Source: Nitrospirota bacterium (GTDB lineage: Bacteria; Nitrospirota; UBA9217). From it: a stretch of 64,000 bases of DNA. Of this stretch, positions 62,672-64,000 are shown one piece after another. The stretch spans positions 1,184,001-1,248,000 of the forward strand of contig CAWFSF010000006.1 of NCBI GenBank assembly GCA_963818475.1, in the 5' to 3' direction. The stretch's first letter is position 1, and every line of letters starts with the position of its first letter. The notes below the pieces were generated by a model that was not told the DNA's origin, ran no database searches, and was given only the letters and a program-made list of their open reading frames with translations. A program made the translations under genes and the position numbers.

Positions 62672-64000
62672 CTAGGAAGATTCATACTTTTGCAGCCGGT
62701 GCCTGAATGACCTGAAGGACAGGCCCAGCAGTTTTGCCGCCTCGGTCTTTACCCCCCCCGATTTTTCCAGGGCTTTTTGAAGCAGGGTCCGTTCGGCATT
62801 TTCAAGCAGCTCTTCCATGTTCAATCCTGTATCAGGAATGTCCATGGGGATCAGTTCTGGACAAACGGTGGTCGTTTTCAGCGAGTCAGGAATGTGGTCA
62901 ACCTTTATAGTGTCCCCGGATGCCAGGATAACGAGGCGTTCGATGGTGTTTTCCAGTTCTCGGACGTTGCCGGGCCAGCGATAGCTCATGAAAAACTTCA
63001 AAGCGTCGCCGGTTATTTTTTTTGGTTCCTTGCCGGTCGACGTAAACTTGTTAAGAAAATGTTCGACCAGTACGGCAATGTCTTCCTTCCGTTCCCGAAG
63101 CGGCGGAAGATGGATCGGAATGACGTTCAGGCGGTAATAAAGGTCCTCCCGGAACGTGCCTTTCGCGACCTCGGCCTGCAGGTCCCTATTGCTTGCAGCA
63201 ATGACGCGGACATCCACCTTGATCTCAGTTGTCCCGCCGACCCGCATAAAGGTGCGCTCCTGGATCACCCGTAGCAGCTTGATCTGGAGATTCAGCGTGG
63301 TAGCGCTGATCTCGTCGAGGAAGATTGTTCCGCCGTTGGCCGCCTCAAACAAGCCCTGCTTGTTCGACGTTGCTCCCGTAAACGACCCCTTCATGTAGCC
63401 GAACAATTCGCTCTCTAACAACGTCTCCGGCAAGGCACCGCAGTTTACCGTCACGAAGGGTTTGTCCTTTCGCGCACTGCTGTAGTGAACCGCACGTGCA
63501 ACCAGTTCCTTGCCCGTCCCGCTCTCGCCGGAGATCAGCACCGTGCTTTTTGTGTCCGCCACCTGCCTGACCAGAGTGAAAACTTTCTGCATGGCCGCGC
63601 TTTTACCGACAAAATTCTCGAACCCGGCCCGCGACGCGATCTCCCGCTTAAGCAGGATGTTCTCTTTCCTCAGGTCGCGTTTTTCAAGGGCTTTTTGAAT
63701 GATGAGCTTGATCTCGTCAACTTTGAACGGCTTGGTGATGTAATCGTAGGCGCCCAGTTTCATGGCCTGAACCGCAGCATCCGTCGTGGCAAAGGCGGTA
63801 ATGACGATCACGACCGTTTCAGGCGAGACCTCCTTGATCGTCCGAAGCACCTCGATGCCGTCGATCTTTGGCATTTTGACATCAGTGATGACGAGGTCAT
63901 AGATCTCGGTGTGTATCGCCTTGAGCGCATGCTCCCCGTTCGCGGCTGCTACCACCTCATAGCCTTCTTTTTTCAGCATGATCGAGAGAAAATCGCGCAT
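62672..64000 (-). CDS. pilR: Sigma54-dependent response regulator, PilR-like (5' end beyond window)
   Basis: Receiver domain ([10 protein letters not shown]), [46 protein letters not shown]. Confidence 0.75.
   Translation of the reverse strand: MRDFLSIMLKKEGYEVVAAANGEHALKAIHTEIYDLVITDVKMPKIDGIEVLRTIKEVSPETVVIVITAFATTDAAVQAMKLGAYDYITKPFKVDEIKLIIQKALEKRDLRKENILLKREIASRAGFENFVGKSAAMQKVFTLVRQVADTKSTVLISGESGTGKELVARAVHYSSARKDKPFVTVNCGALPETLLESELFGYMKGSFTGATSNKQGLFEAANGGTIFLDEISATTLNLQIKLLRVIQERTFMRVGGTTEIKVDVRVIAASNRDLQAEVAKGTFREDLYYRLNVIPIHLPPLRERKEDIAVLVEHFLNKFTSTGKEPKKITGDALKFFMSYRWPGNVRELENTIERLVILASGDTIKVDHIPDSLKTTTVCPELIPMDIPDTGLNMEELLENAERTLLQKALEKSGGVKTEAAKLLGLSFRSFRHRLQKYESS

Noticed and set aside
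61393-62706. Long antisense ORFs (e.g. 61393..62706, 50239..51432, 13512..14657, 56182..57294, 57368..58438)
   Set aside because: They are shadow frames opposite well-conserved genes, expected from GC-rich codon bias, and show no protein motifs or RBS.

Overview
Core chromosomal region of a diderm bacterium. Gene order and content suggest Nitrospirota or a Desulfobacterota-like lineage (inference). Almost all genes are on the minus strand. In coordinate order it holds: (i) an AT-richer GT2 + FkbM cassette, then LPS core/lipid A/outer-membrane genes (rmlA, glycosyltransferases, waaF, gmhB, lpxK, waaA, DUF374/LpxJ-like, msbA, lpxB, gnnB, gnnA, lpxI, lpxA, fabZ, lpxD, skp, bamA); (ii) hemW, a short ArgA-like GNAT, clpC (+ strand) and a divergent FAD oxidoreductase; (iii) the rimP-nusA-ylxR/L7Ae-infB-DUF503-rbfA-nrnA-truB-rpsO-pnp cluster; (iv) alpha-2-macroglobulin + PBP1C; (v) an RRM RNA-binding protein + rpsU pair (+ strand); (vi) a ccsA-like gene, hemA, hemC, cobA/hemD, an iscA-like gene and hemB; (vii) lolD, a small ORF, lolE, lysS, purC, a CNNM transporter, a UbiD/MqnL decarboxylase and a truncated PilR-like regulator. 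About ten conserved genes carry single-base frameshifts, most likely sequencing or assembly indels. No tRNA, rRNA, CRISPR array, transposase or prophage gene was seen. Two signals are not explained by the gene list. The first is a dispersed family of intergenic 7/8/9-nt-periodic imperfect inverted repeats. The second is a perfect 12-nt Shine-Dalgarno sequence downstream of rpsU that is complementary to a block in the long 5' leader of the RRM-rpsU unit.
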